Part shown: positions 25,734 to 39,250 of the stretch, piece after piece | How positions within the stretch are numbered: the stretch's first letter is position 1 | How the letters are laid out: each line of letters begins with the position of its first letter | NCBI GenBank assembly: GCA_951406725.2 | Contig: OX597828.1 | Coordinates: 69,068,001-69,132,000 of the forward strand | Reading direction: 5' to 3' | Source of the DNA: Octopus vulgaris | Lineage: Eukaryota | Length of the DNA stretch: 64,000 nt | Notes under the pieces: generated by a model | Told to the model about the DNA's origin: nothing | Database searches by the model: none | What the model saw: the letters and a program-made list of their open reading frames with translations, nothing else | Position numbers and translations under genes: made by a program

Positions 25734-26077
25734 CTATCACTATGACCTGGCAATGCCGGGTCATAGTGCTAGTGCATGCTAGTGCATGCATGTCCAAATC
25801 TCCAACCAATCACATACAGCTAGCTGGCATTCAATTGACGTATCAAGTTTCGGGCATTTTGATTGGGTTTTGGATAGAAAATTCACAAAAAAGTCACTTC
25901 TATTGATTTTTTTAATGGCTTTGCGGGGTGACTGGGGAAATGTAAAGATGTGCACGACCACCCTTGGACGGTTTTGAATGACCATAGAAAGTGTGAGCCC
26001 TCTAACTGAAAAATTGTGGATTTGTATAAAGGACACACACACACAGACAGACATTTTGCCGTTTATATATAGAGAGA
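25734..26077 (-). mobile_element. Non-autonomous Helitron
   Basis: 5' A|TCTCTCTATATATAAACGGC nearly identical to the 5' end at 50697; 3' terminal hairpin 25734-25772. Confidence 0.7.
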
Positions 26078-26606
26078 TAATGGTTGTTCATGTACTTCAA
26101 GTCTAAATAACATAACTAAAAACTAAAGCAAAATCTTTTTTATTTAGGTTAGTTCAGCTGTTTAGGTAGTTGGGTATGTTGAGAGGATACGATGATGATA
26201 AGTTCACATTAACAACAATAATAATACTTGTTTCAAATTTTAGCACAAGGCCAGCAAAGTTAGGAGGGGATAACTTGATCAGACCAATCCTAGGGTTCAA
26301 CTGGTACTTATTTTAACGACCCCGGAAAGGATGAAAGGTGAAGTCTACCTTGGTGGAATTTGAACTCAAAATGTAAAGACTGACAAAACGCTGCTAAAAA
26401 TTCTGCCATCTTGTTACCTCACAACAGCAACAATAATATTGTCTGCTCTCGTTGACACATTGTCAGAAGAAGGGTATCAGACATTTATCCACTAGACCCA
26501 AGATGGATAAAAATCAGACTTCAAATGATGGGATTTGAAGAGAGAGAAACACTTAAAAAATAAAACTATAAAACTGTAGGACATAAAGTCTGGAATTCTA
26601 CAGTCT

Positions 26607-27010
26607 ACCTATTTCTTTACTACCCACAAGGGGTTAAATACAGAGAGGACAAACAAGGACAGACAAACAGATTAAATCGATTATATCGACCCCTGTGCGT
26701 AACTGGTACTTCCCAGAAGGATGAAAGGCAAAGTCGACCTCGACGGAATTTGAACTCAGAACGTAGTGGCAGACGAAATACCTATTTCTTGACTACCCAC
26801 AAGGAGCTAAACACAGAGAGGACAAACAGGGACAGACAAACGGATTAAGTTGATTACATCAACCCCAGTGCGTAACTGGTACTTATTTAATTGACCCCAG
26901 AAGGATGAAAGGCAAAGTTGACCTCAGCGGAATTTGAACTCAGAACGTAGCGGCAGACGAAATACCACTAAGTATTTCATCTGGCTTGCTAACGATTCTG
27001 CCAGCTTGCA
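26607..27010 (-). mobile_element. SINE family A, 3'-duplicated dimer form
   Basis: Same architecture and junction (gcagacgaaatac|ctatttct) as 2631-3053. Confidence 0.88.
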
Positions 27011-27547
27011 GTCCTATTCATAAAATATGCATGATTTCAAAAGCTATTACACAATTTAATTACATAATCCTATCAAAAATATTTACAGCCAGTTTTATGT
27101 TCTGTCTCAAGTATTAATTTTTGATATGGCTAAAAACATTATGCAGATTCTAAAATTACAAAGGCTGTAATACCAGTTGTTTACCATCTGTCAAAATAAT
27201 TAGATCTTTGTATTTTGGAAAAAAATATTTTCTTTGCATGTTTAAATTCATTTTGTGAATATATAAAATGGTTTCTTCATGGGTGGGAAATTTTCCTTAG
27301 AAGATTTCCCCTAATATATAAGAGGTTATAATAGACATGTATACTTTCCAAGGGAAAACATTCTCTCATTCTGGAGGGTAAACTCTTGAATCCAGGAAAA
27401 CTGGCACAAATCTGTGAGCGACATTTTGTCCACAGGGGAGTTGCATAAGTTCAGTTGCTATGAGGAGAGTAGAATTTAATGTCTGTTCTTATTACAATCC
27501 TCACAACATCCTGGGTCCCCCTTTCCCTTCTATGAAAAACACTGCTA

Positions 27548-27597
<50 letters not shown>

Positions 27598-27764
27598 TGC
27601 AAAAGGAATTATAAGAGAAGATTAAAAAGCAAGACTAGTGGTAGGGAGCATTTATACTCAGTAGTAAGACTCAAATGTCAGCTAATAAGAACCTGTGAGG
27701 AAATGTATGCTGGGAAAACCAATGAATCTTTCATTCACATTCTGATCTGGAGGTTTAAACTGTA

Positions 27765-28155
27765 CGATACGTGTGCCAGCGGCACATAAAAAGCACCATC
27801 CAAACGTGGCCAATGCCAGCGCTGCCTTCACTGGCTTCTGTGCCGGTGGCACGTAAAAAGCACCAACTGATCATAGCCGCTGCCAGCCTCCCCTGGCACC
27901 TATGCCGGTGGCATGTAAAAAGCACCAACTGATCGTGGCCGCTGCCAGCCTCCCCTGGCACCTATGCCGGTGTCATGTAAAAAGCACCCACTACACTCAC
28001 GGAGTGGTTGGCGTTAGGAAGGGCATCCAGCTGTAGAAACTCTGCCAGATCAGACTGGAGCCTGGTGCAGCCTCCTGGCTTCCCAGACCCCGGTTGAACT
28101 GTCCAACCCATGCTAGCATGGAAAACGGACGTTAAACGATGATGATGATGATGAT
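27765..28155 (+). mobile_element. Retroposon family C copy with ~62-bp internal tandem repeats
   Basis: Four gtgccggtggcacgtaaaaagcacc-type units, then body and (GAT)n tail. Confidence 0.87.
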
Positions 28156-28303
28156 GGTTGTGAAAAAACTTGGCTAAACCAAAATACTGGACCCGTGGAC
28201 ATGCACAAAGACAGCCCAAGAGACAGAAGATTTAATTGTGAAGGAAATGCTTTGGCATAACCTTTAGCTGTGATAATTAAAACAAAGTAGAGAACTTGAG
28301 AAC

Positions 28304-28345
<42 letters not shown>

Positions 28346-29814
28346 ATGTGTGCATGCATATGTGACTCTTGCTAATCTTAGACAATGCTGTGTTGTTGTT
28401 TTAGTCCATCTGTTGTGCTGTGTTGTAGCAGATTCAGAATAAACATAATTACAATTTGACTGTATGAATAGACTACTTTATATGAACACATATAAATAGC
28501 AGCTATCCTTGTATAGTTTTTTGTTTTTTTGTGAACTGATTTTGCAGGGTTTTATAATATAACATTTTCATTTTCCATTCATTATTGTTTCAAAAATTTA
28601 TTTTAGACCAGGGAGAGTTATCCATATCTATCTAAATACATATTTATCTTTCTATCTCCATCACAGTGTTTAATTACATAGATTGGCACGTTGGTGGTGC
28701 AGATATGTTCTATTTGATTTTGCTGCCCAACAAGATAGTTTTTGTGACCTAATGTGATGCCAAAGAAACTACCCAGGATATCTTTCCTAAAATTATACAC
28801 AAGAATTGCAAAACTTTTCATATCTCATTGTTTCTAACAAGACTCAGAATGTCCTTCATATTTCATCTTTAACACAGAAATTCTTGCCAGTATGGAAGGC
28901 GGATGTTAAACGATGATGATGATGTATTGCAGAGTTTTAAAAGATATTATTTAAGGCTTTTGAAAATCCCCAATAAGGTCACACTCTAACCTTTCATCAT
29001 CTGACACAAGGTCCCCGCCTCAAATGCCCTGCCCCTCTCATAATTACTTGTCTTGTGAGTTACTTGGTTACCCTGCCAGTGCTGGTGCCACATTAAAAGC
29101 ATCCAGTCCACACTGTAATGTGGTTGGCATTTGGAAGGGCATCCAGCCGTAAAAATCATGCCAAAGCTAACCTCACCTGTGCTAGTGCCATGTAAAAACC
29201 ACTGAGTCCATTCTGCAGAGTGGCTGGTGTTAGGAAGGGCATCTATCCATAAAATCCCTGCCAAAACAGTCACAGTAGCCTAGGGCAGTTTTTCTACCTG
29301 GCAGGCTCTTGTCTTCCATCCTACCCTTGCATGGAAGATGGACATCAAATGATGATGATGATAAAAGAATAAAACATAAACCAGGATATTAGTAAGGAGA
29401 GACTTATCTCTCAACTGCCATAAAACCAGAACTAAACAAGAGCCCTTCAAAGGGAAGAAGGGCTGATGCACTATGTCATATAATTGAATGTCTTTTCGAT
29501 GCACTAACTGTTCAAAATTAAATGTAAGATTGGCTACTTTTATTAAACTGTGGTTGACTGAAGCAAGATATATACCTTGTTATGATAGGAGTTATAGGAG
29601 GAGAGTGAGATGACACAGAAATTAAGTTATATGTAACTAATTATCAGTTCAAACATTTCAGTAGTTTCTTGTGTCATCTTCCTGGATAGATTACGGTAAG
29701 AAGACAAAGTATGTGCATGGACACACAAAGAATATAAAGTTCAATAAATTATTAGATTCTCAGTCAAAGCCTAGTTATTTTATAGTTAATATCACCATGG
29801 TTCTTGAACTCCTA

Positions 29815-30770
29815 AAAAATACATATATATAAAAACACAGAGGGTAAAAATATATATATTTGAATAAAATAAAATGAAATACAAATAGAGTGGCCTATCA
29901 AAAGGGTAAATATAAACGACTAAAAATTTGTAAACAACCAAAAAATAGACAAAGATAAAATAAATATCCAACGACTAAAAAAGTTTTATCAAATGATTAA
30001 AAATATTTGAAAAAAAGTCATTTTACTCTTCTCACATTTTGCTTTATGTGTGTTTCCTGTTTCATGTTCATCCTGATGAGGTGGGGAGGGTCATTGCCGT
30101 GATGCACTTTAGTGTAATTGAACTGCAGTGGTGAGCTCCCAAAATGGCCATTGACCAATGTGAATTTGACCTGTGGAAGTCTGTTTATTTATGCGGTGAG
30201 CTGGCAGAAGCGTTAGCGCACCGGGCAAAATGCGTAGCTGTATTTCGTCTACCGTTACGTTCTGAGCTCAAATTCCGCCGAGGTCGACTTTGCCTTTCAT
30301 CCTTTTGGGGTCGATAAATTAAGTACCAGTTACGCACTGGGGTCGATGTAATCGACTTAATCCTTTTGTCTGTCCTTGTTTGTCCCCTCTATGTTTAGCC
30401 CCTTGTGGGTAGTAAGGAAATATATATTTATGAACTTTGGACATACTTGTGTGATGAGAGTAAAAAGACCTTTTTTCAAGATATAGGTGAATTTGACCTG
30501 TGGAAGTCTGTTTATTTATGAACTTTGGGTGTACTTGTGTGAATCCATTGTATGGTAGATGAGAAGAACGGATTCACTGAACCTTGAACCTAACTCAAAT
30601 GTAAGACTATCAAATTATTGAACATTTTCTTCTTCCTGTTTTTTCCTTACACTTTCTTTCCCTCTATTTCCTTTCGTTTATCTTTGCTTTCTTCGTTCTG
30701 ATGATGTATATCAATTGCAACGAGGTAAATATATATTTACCCCAGCCTGATATACAGAAGCAGTGTCTAT
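29815..30770 (+). mobile_element. Penelope-like remnant(s) with direct repeat and two decayed hammerhead-like motifs
   Basis: Direct repeat gtgaatttgacctgtggaagtctgtttatttatg at 30160 and 30487; CTGATGA motifs at 30073 and 30698 with helix II arms. Confidence 0.5.
30194..30422 (+). mobile_element. SINE family A copy
   Basis: Near full length; flanked by tatttatg; the second direct-repeat copy (30487-30542) shows the empty site. Confidence 0.9.
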
Positions 30771-31471
30771 GCTAAAGTGCATGCACTAAAAAAAAAGATG
30801 AGGACTTGAAATTCAGTTGATAGGCCTGGGCAGAGAAGTGTAGCATGGTAACAAACCCAAAATTCAGTCTATGATGAGCGCCAGTGAGTGCATGCCCCCT
30901 AATTTCAAATAGTTGAATGTGGTTCTCTAGCAGTACTTTACAAAACAGTTCTTGATGAATGACAGGCTAAAGGGAGCACTTTAATGCCTGCCTCAACAGT
31001 TTGCCATTATTGTTGGACAGGGAGGCAGGTGCTGTTTAAAACCAATTTCAGTAAGATGAAGCGGTAGAGATGCTGAACTACTGCACAAGACACAGATTGC
31101 TGGTTGCTGTGGTGAAAGAAGTGGTGTGATGGTAAACTTGTCCGAAAGGTGTGAAGACAGACATTTTCCTCTCCAGCCAATCTCTGATCAACTTCTTGAA
31201 GTAATACTTGAAGAAGAAGGTAAAAGTAGAGAGGCAGATGCTGCTTTCTGGTGTGTTTAACAAAAGGTGGGCATGAGTGGCAAGACGAGTGAGGCTGAAT
31301 GGGTTGTCCAGAGTAAGGGAAGGAAATAGGGAGAATACCTCACCATCATCATCATTATTATTATTATTTGTGTTAATATTGTTACTATTACCAAAAGTAT
31401 ATTTGAAGTGTTTTTGAAATGTCATTATGGCAATTGAAATTAATAGCACATGTGTGCATATATAAACACAC

Positions 31472-31513
<42 letters not shown>

Positions 31514-31894
31514 TTGTATGAATAAACATATTGATATATATATATTTAATTATATATAAACACTCACACATTAGCAATGTAAATGAATACTTCTCGCAAG
31601 CTTTAAAAGAAATGATAAAATATATATTTTCCCAAATTTCTTGGTGTATGAAAGAAGTTTTCTCTTGCTTTTCTTCTAATTCTGATTTATTAAGTAATTT
31701 ACTTGTTTATTTATCTCATTTATATATTTCAAATTGTTAATTAATGGATTAACATTTGATCAAAATATGATAGCCTAAATTTCCTGCTGTGACTAATAGT
31801 AATAATCCTTGAGATCCTGTTACAGAAAATAATTTCCTAAGAAAGTTAATCAGATCCTTGTGTCAGCAGAGTTTTTATCCAGATCAATCAAGCA

Positions 31895-31926
<32 letters not shown>

Positions 31927-32683
31927 AATTTACTCCCAGCCTCCCCTGTTCCTAATGCAAACATCATTGCCAAACACAACCATACCATTAACAAAAACAT
32001 TAACATAATTACAAAAACCACCACCCCACCCCACCCTAACACACCACACCATTCTACAACATAATCACCACATAACTCTCAGCATGAGCCAATATTTACT
32101 GTCCTGCCAGAAATAGCAGCTAAATCTTTTTCAACTCATACTGTTGAAGGACACATTGGATAATGTAGTCCCTGCTCTACAAAAAGACAAGATGTTGATA
32201 GCTTCATTTACCTTTGGTCATAGCCCAGCTCAGTCATGGCTGACTTGGTGATAAATAACAACGACATCCAATTGTTACTTTAAAAACATATTACTAGATA
32301 TATTAACTCACTCTACCCTTTTCCAAAAGTACATTCACACTGTCTCCCTCTTAACAGCAGAGTCCTCATTAACACAAGCTTAGCCTAACTCTGTTCTAGG
32401 ACAGTATATTTCCCACAGCTACATGCTCAACCATCAATTAAACACTTAGGGAACATAATGTTAATGCTGAAAATATTGTTACAATGCCACCCTAAGGTCT
32501 TAACTTCAACTCACTTTTCTTCATTCAGTCTATGTACTCTCAGTATACTTTTTAGAATAATTAAATAAAAGATTCTAAATAAATGCAATGGAAGCATTCT
32601 ACTTTCTTGGTAGTACAGTGTTCTCATGCACAGAATTTTTTAAAAATACATTAACACCAACATCAAAATGAAAATCAAATGGA

Positions 32684-32990
32684 AATTGTAGTTAAGATAC
32701 CCATGCCGGTGACATGTTAAAAGCACCATCTGAATGTGGTAGTTGCCAGCGCCACCTGACTGGCATCCGTGTCGGTGACACGTAAAAGCACCAACCGATC
32801 GTGGCTATTTGCCAGCCTCATCTGGCCTCTGTGCCGGTGGCATGTAAAAAGCACCCACTACGCTCACGGAGTGGTTGGCATTAGGAAGTGCATCCAGCTG
32901 TAGAAACACTGCCAGTTCAGACTGGAGCCTGGTCGAACTGTCCAACCCATGCTACCATGGAAAACAGACGTTAAACGATGATGATGATGA

Positions 32991-32993
<3 letters not shown>
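32684..32993 (+). mobile_element. Retroposon family C copy (inverted partial copy at 33228-33378)
   Basis: Internal repeats, body and (GAT)n tail. Confidence 0.85.
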
Positions 32994-33019
<26 letters not shown>

Positions 33020-33027
<8 letters not shown>

Positions 33028-33180
33028 ATGAGCTTCTTTCAATTTCCGTCTACCAAATCCACTCACAAGGCAGTGGTCAGCCCGAAACTATAGTAGAAGA
33101 CACTTGCCCAAGGTACCACATGATGGGACTGAACCCGGAACTATGTGGTCGGTAAGCAAGCTACTTACCACACAACCACT
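33020..33180 (-). mobile_element. SINE family B 5' half
   Basis: ttccgtctaccaaatccactcacaagg...gacacttgcccaagg...ctacttaccacac. Confidence 0.8.
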
Positions 33181-33982
33181 CATATATCCTTAAAAATGTT
33201 TTAGCCCGAAGGCTGCGGCCATGCTGGGGCACAGGGGCCAGACGGGGCTGGCAAACAGCCACGATCAGTTGGTGCTTTTATGTGTCACCGACACGGATGC
33301 CAGTCAGGTGGCGCTGGCAACTGCCACGTTCGGATGGTGCTTTTAACATGTCACCGGCACGGGTATCTTAACTACAATATATATATATATATATATATAT
33401 TATATTTATATTATATAAGGCAAGGAAGAAGATAATTGACAAACATTAGCGAGATCTATTTATTAATTACAATCATATGAATAAATTAATAAATAAGAAT
33501 AAATGAGTGAATATAACTCTACTCTTACGGCTGTTTCTACTTTGGGGGTCTAGCATGCCAAAGTTGACACATCATACCAAGATTGTACAAAAATTGAACA
33601 AAAATTGGACAAAAATTGAACCCCAGAGCAATTTTACTGCTATTCTATTGCATAGTTTTTAGATTCTAACTAATGACTAATGACTAATGGGGTTTGTGTT
33701 AGGAAGGGCATCCAGCAATAAAAGTCATACCAGAATGAACAAAAGTAACATACAGTAAAAGGAGCTCAAAAGTTTTGACAAGGACAACTCTAGGATCTGT
33801 AGTAAGCTAAAAGAGCAGCCAGTCCATGTCATGTTAAGCTGTTGGTGATAAAGAAGGACATCCAGCAATAATAATCCATGCCAAAAATAATGACTTACAT
33901 CACACAGTTAACAAGCTATTCCCTATTATTGTGTGAGCTAGCATGGAAGAACAAACAATGATCATGATGAGGAGGATGAGGA

Positions 33983-34290
33983 ATCATCATCATCATCATC
34001 ATTTAACATCCGCTTTCCATGCTAGCATGGGTTGGACAATTTGACTGAGGTCTGGCGAACCAGATTCCAATCTGATCTGGCAGAGTTTCTACAGCTGGAT
34101 GTCCTTCCCAACACCAACCACTCCGAGAGTGTAGTGGGTGCTTTTACGTGCCACTGGCACGAGAGCCACTTTGGTGATACTGGCAACAGCCACACCCAAA
34201 TGGTGCTTTTTACATGCCACCTGCACAGGAGCCAGTCCAGCGGCACTAGCGACGACCTCGCTCGAATGTTTCACATGCCACCAGCACAAG
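33983..34290 (-). mobile_element. Retroposon family C copy
   Basis: (ATC)n tail plus body. Confidence 0.85.
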
Positions 34291-34569
34291 ATCTAGAAAG
34301 GCGACGGAAAATATGAATTTCCACTAGGTTTAACATTTTTACTTAGGAGTTTATTATTCCTTACAAATTATTCAGGATTTATTTGGAACCCTAACTTTTC
34401 TCAGTTCTTTTATTTTGGTAGCAGTTATTTGTATGAGGGAATCGAGAGAATGCTATTGTGTCCATTTCTCATTGGTTATTGACGTACTTCATCTTTTCTA
34501 CTCATAACGGGTTTCTTACAGCAACCAGGAACTACACCAAAATAGCAATAACAACAAGAAATAGCTCAC

Positions 34570-34645
34570 TTTTTAACATTTTCAATAAAACCTCCAAAGA
34601 TCCTTCATAGAGACTCAAAGCTGCCTTGTAATTTTCACTCTTTAC
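34570..34645 (-). CDS. ULK3: ULK3 exon (MIT2): VKSENYKAALSLYEGSLEVLLKMLK
   Basis: ttcAG acceptor, GTGAGC donor, 76 nt, phase 0 to 1; YxxALxLY is MIT helix 2. Confidence 0.92.
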
Positions 34646-34693
34646 CTGAATAAAAATGGAAAAGGAAAACAACGGTTAGTTACACATACAGAG

Positions 34694-34728
<35 letters not shown>

Positions 34729-35749
34729 CGTGCATATGTGTGAATACATTTGTGTGATCAACAAACAGCCCAAAGGCTGGATATGCTTTCACATTAGGTT
34801 GTAAATAATGATAATGTTTGTATGGAGGGTTAATCTTCTTTTCGTGCAGCATGCAAACAATGCCAAGACAAAGGGAAGATACAAACACACACACACACAC
34901 ATGTATATGATTGGCTTCCTACTGTTTCCGTCTATAAATTTCACTCATAAGGCATTGGTCATCTTGAAGCCATAGTCAAAACCTGACCCAGTGACATACA
35001 GCAGGGACAAACCCTAAACCATGTGGCCCTGAAGCAAACTTCTTAACTACTCAGTCATGCCTATGCTTATAATAGGTGACACCAGTGTCTCTTATACATA
35101 TACAATGCATAGATGTACAACAGATGTACAACAGATGTGCACATAGTAAAGAATATGTGTTTGAAGCTGATGAGTCATTTGATTGCTACTCTGAGTTTCT
35201 CATCAAGAACAATGATCCAGAGAACAAAGAAATCTTTTTGTTACCCACAAAAAGTGAGTAGAAGACTGAGTGGCAATGGAGTTGTTCTAATCAAAGCACA
35301 ATTCAGAATGAATTGGCTTCTTTGGTTAACATGTGCAACATTTCAAGAATAAGACAAGAAAGAACCAGCAAATGGTTTTTCCTTGCGCCTGTTTGCATGC
35401 TGTTTGCTCCAGGATGTAGCTTTCATGACAAGTGAATGCTACATCTTGGAGTCAGCCACCACTGAACTGAAAACCCTTTAGCAAGCTCCCAGCATACCAC
35501 TCTAGATCATTCATAGCATGAACAGTACAAAATGATGCAATGCAGAGGCAAAGTATACCACGTTTGCATTGAAGAGCCAAATGCATGAGTTTATTTATTA
35601 AGCTTTCTAAGCAGAACAAAAGCTGTTGTGTGCAACAATATCCTCTCGGTAATAAAAGTCTAACTTCAAAGAGAGCCAAAAACTGAGTAGCAATATAGTG
35701 AAACCTGTTTCAGTTCCTGGCTGGTGTTTTTGATATTTTACTAACTTTG

Positions 35750-36350
35750 CTGTTCATACATTAATCCATAACGATAATGACCATAGAGAAGTAGATAAGT
35801 TCTTTATTATTTTATTTGTCAATTTGCTGATAGCTTTGGAATTTTTCAACTCCACTTTCTGCTCAGATACTATAACATCTTGATAGGTAGATTTTTCGGC
35901 TATGAAGCTTTCGTATAACTCTGGATTTATATGGAAATATTTTAGTGAGATCTTGAAAGTATCCTTGTAGTTTTTGCCTTGCTGATTGATCAAATGCTTT
36001 CCTTACACACTTACTGTGAAAAAATATTTTGAAAGTCATTCACACATTTTTTGCAATGTAATCAATTCAATGTAACTTGGCCCTGTATAGTAAACTGTAG
36101 ATGCTGAGCAATGCTGTGCAATTAAGGACCTCGACATATGAAGTTTTATTCGGTCAACAAATGTGCAGTATTCTGCACAAGCAGTTTTTGCAGAATTTAT
36201 TAAGTTTTTTTATGCCTGCTGTGAACAGTTCCTATCTTGTTCTCACACAACAAAATTACCCAAGAACCCACTATATTAATGGTGCCATTAACAAATTCTT
36301 CAAATGATTGTGAGGACATGGATACACAGCAGTGATCATCTGATATTTTA
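35750..36350 (-). mobile_element. Old RTE-like LINE fragment
   Basis: Degenerate HKKLNKFCKNCLCRILHI and QGKNYKDTFKISLK (cf. RTE GQKKRYKDTLKxSLK). Confidence 0.55.
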
Positions 36351-37792
36351 CACAGGTCTGCATTCGAGGGAATAATTTCTACAATGGTAAGAAATAAACA
36401 TTAATCTAGCTCTTGATAGAACTCAAACTTGATTCTCAAGAACCAAGAAGTGCCCTACATTACATAATTTCACCCTCAACTGGTGCCTAATTTAATCAAC
36501 TAGGTAATTAGAACATCCAGAAACACAAACAGTTCAGCTTTTGACAATAAGGGCATCAACTCCCTTCCCTTGGACATTGCAACTATTCAAATCTATAGGT
36601 ACCTGCTTCCTCCATTTTTTACACACCCAGATATTTTGATCAGATAATTTTCAATGGAATTAACTGTTGAAAGTTTAATTGTAATATAAACATGTGTTAT
36701 TAACATCAGAATAACATCCTACATATTAATTAATGGTACAAATACAGTGGAAAGAATAATTAAAATAAATTCCATTCTCATGGACTTTTAAATCTGTGTA
36801 GCTTCACAGTTTAGAATAAATAATTTCAAGAGAACTTTATTTATCAGCTAAATCTTTCTCAACCAGCCCACCAGTTTTTAATCAAAAGTTCTAACCATGC
36901 AGCTGATATAATGCAATTAGTTGCTTTGGGAAATCCACTGTTTTAATGGTATCAAACGTAAGTTTTTACTCACATTGCTAATGTTGGTTTGTTGCAAACA
37001 ACTTTATGGAATTAAGAAAACTGATGATGAGTTGTGACCTTAGCTGTTGCTATTGTTTCTTAGCCCTAAGCCAGCAAACTTATTTATCAAAAGCATAATG
37101 TGTCCTTCGTTTTTTTAAAATGGTATGGTGTAATTTAAGGACTTGTCTGCTATTTGTAACATTTCAGGTGCCTATATAGAGAATATCTTTGCAAAGCTGG
37201 AAATTTAGATTTCATATAACAAAGTGAAGAGTGGTAGAGCATCCTAAGATATTGCAAAATGAGTAAACGTTAGAAGGCTATTGATTAAAATCTTCGTTTA
37301 TTTAATATTAATTTATAAACATAGGCACAAAGCTGAAATTAAGGGAGTAGGGTTTAGTCTATATCAACTGCAGTATTTCACTGGTTCTTTATTTTATTGA
37401 CCTCAAAATGATAAAAAGCAAAATGTTATATGTAACTAAGAAACAATAAAATATATGTAACTAAGGTATGATGTAACATATTACTGTCTTAAATCTGAGA
37501 TGTTTCGGACAGAAGAAAAAAGATGTTATAGTGTTCATGCCTTATCCAAGACTATTTATAAATAAAATGAAGTGGTTCAATGTGGGAACTGAAAGTGAGG
37601 AGCAGATTTTATTGCTGAGAACTATGTTGTATCACGATATACATGACATAATATATTGTCAAGATGGGATGTCATACGTCATATATGATTGGGACGAAAT
37701 GTAATTAATACTTAACATATGATGTAATCAAACAGGGTAAATTTCAAACACAATATTGAACTAAAAAAAAGCAGTTTGCTTCAGGAACTCAC

Positions 37793-37860
37793 CTCATTGT
37801 CTGCTTGTTTAAGTTGCTGTACGGAATTTAAAAGGTCTTTTTCACTGGTACAAAGGATCA
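37793..37860 (-). CDS. ULK3: ULK3 exon (start of MIT2): (M)ILCTSEKDLLNSVQQLKQADNE
   Basis: ttcAG acceptor, GTGAGT donor, 68 nt, phase 1 to 0; joins flanking exons in frame. Confidence 0.88.
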
Positions 37861-38084
37861 CTGAAAAAGAAAAAGTGTTGGTTATGTAATTTGAGAGAGA
37901 GAGAGAGTAGTAGTAGTAGTAGTAGTAGTAGTAGAATTTATTTAATAATTGCCATTACTACCATAAATACAGTTGTGGTGATCCCTGCTGTACTCTTTCA
38001 CCACAACTTTCTCTCACTCTTACTTCCTGTTTCTGTTGTATCTGTATTTCAAGGGGCCGGCCTTGTCACTCTCTGTGTCACGCT

Positions 38085-38292
38085 GAACCCGGCTAAAACC
38101 AGCTCTGGCTCTGTGTACAAATGTCTTGTTTTCATAAGTTTTGAATTAAAATCTTCCATCAAACCTTAGTCACAATTTATGTTCCTAACACTAGCTTAAT
38201 GATAACTAAGTTCTTTTACTAAATTCTTTGTTATATTTAACGTAATTGAAAGAAATACAGAGCTTCTCAAAATAAATACAGTAACGAAAGGG
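38085..38292. mobile_element. piggyBac-type MITE (one end degenerate)
   Basis: Inverted copy of 47784-48004; ends gtaacgaaaggg|ttaa. Another partial copy at ~52060-52224. Confidence 0.75.
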
Positions 38293-39250
38293 TTAAAACC
38301 TTCTATATCTTTTTTGTCAACTTGTGTCAGGCACAAAGGCAGACATAGAGTATATATCCCCTTATAAGATCAGTGTGGCATTGTTTCACCAACAGGTCTT
38401 TCAAATCTAATAATATCTAGAATTGTTGCTCCTTGCTGGAGTAGTGACTGGTGGGATTCTCAGCTGCCCTTAGAGTGAAATCAGCACCGAGAAGACTCAT
38501 TCGGGATTCTGGGTTGTAGTCCTTTGCTTGAAGCTGAGAGACACTAGTATCAGTCAAATAAACCACCCTCAGTACTCGACCAGTACTTTATTTAAAATGG
38601 TGGCCAAATAAATCTTCATTACTAATAATACTAGAGTTGTACTTATAAATGGAATCAATAAAAGCAGTCTACCAATTACAGCATAGGTATCAAAGTTGAG
38701 TCAGAGCCCATTTAATGAAACAATAAATTACAAAAGCAAAAGTAAGTTAATGAAAGAATTACAAAGGCAAGTTGTTGAATTATTTCACTATACAATTCAT
38801 ATATCCATAGCAACAGTTGAAAGTCCAGTAGAGCGATATACCAAAGTTCAATGATCGCATACATTTCTATAACTTCAATATTAGTCATACAAAAATAACC
38901 AAGCAGAAATATTTTGAATTTATTGATTTGTGTGATGTTTAGTTACAAGTCAGCCCTGATTCAGCAAAATTATGATCAAGATTGTTCTCAAGTAATCTAT
39001 TTGATAGCCCTACAAAAACTTTTGTAAATTTTAAGAGAATGAACCAAAAAATAAACATGGTGTATTGACAGCAAAAATTCTGATGAAGCAATTCTGAAAT
39101 TGTTTATGTCTGTTTTGCAAGACTGATGTCACATTGGGTGTTGAAACAGTTACTATGGTACTTGGGGATGGTCATATTTTGCCAGTTAAATACACACACA
39201 CTATATATTTGGTCTTCACTTCAGCTTTAATATTATTATTTTAGCTTCTT

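Noticed and set aside
27765-27990. CRISPR-like regularly spaced repeats (gtgccggtggcacgtaaaaagcacc)
   Set aside because: The spacers resemble one another, the context is eukaryotic and there are no cas genes; these are retroposon internal tandem repeats.
31078-31105. Minus-strand SNLCLVQ* resembling a ULK3 CaaX terminal exon
   Set aside because: It lies before two required exons, and the adjacent AG gives phase 2 whereas the preceding exon ends in phase 1.
39080-39155. CTGATGA...GAAA on the plus strand (similar decayed motifs near 33525-33575 and 43038)
   Set aside because: Helices too weak or cores too eroded to call a hammerhead by eye.
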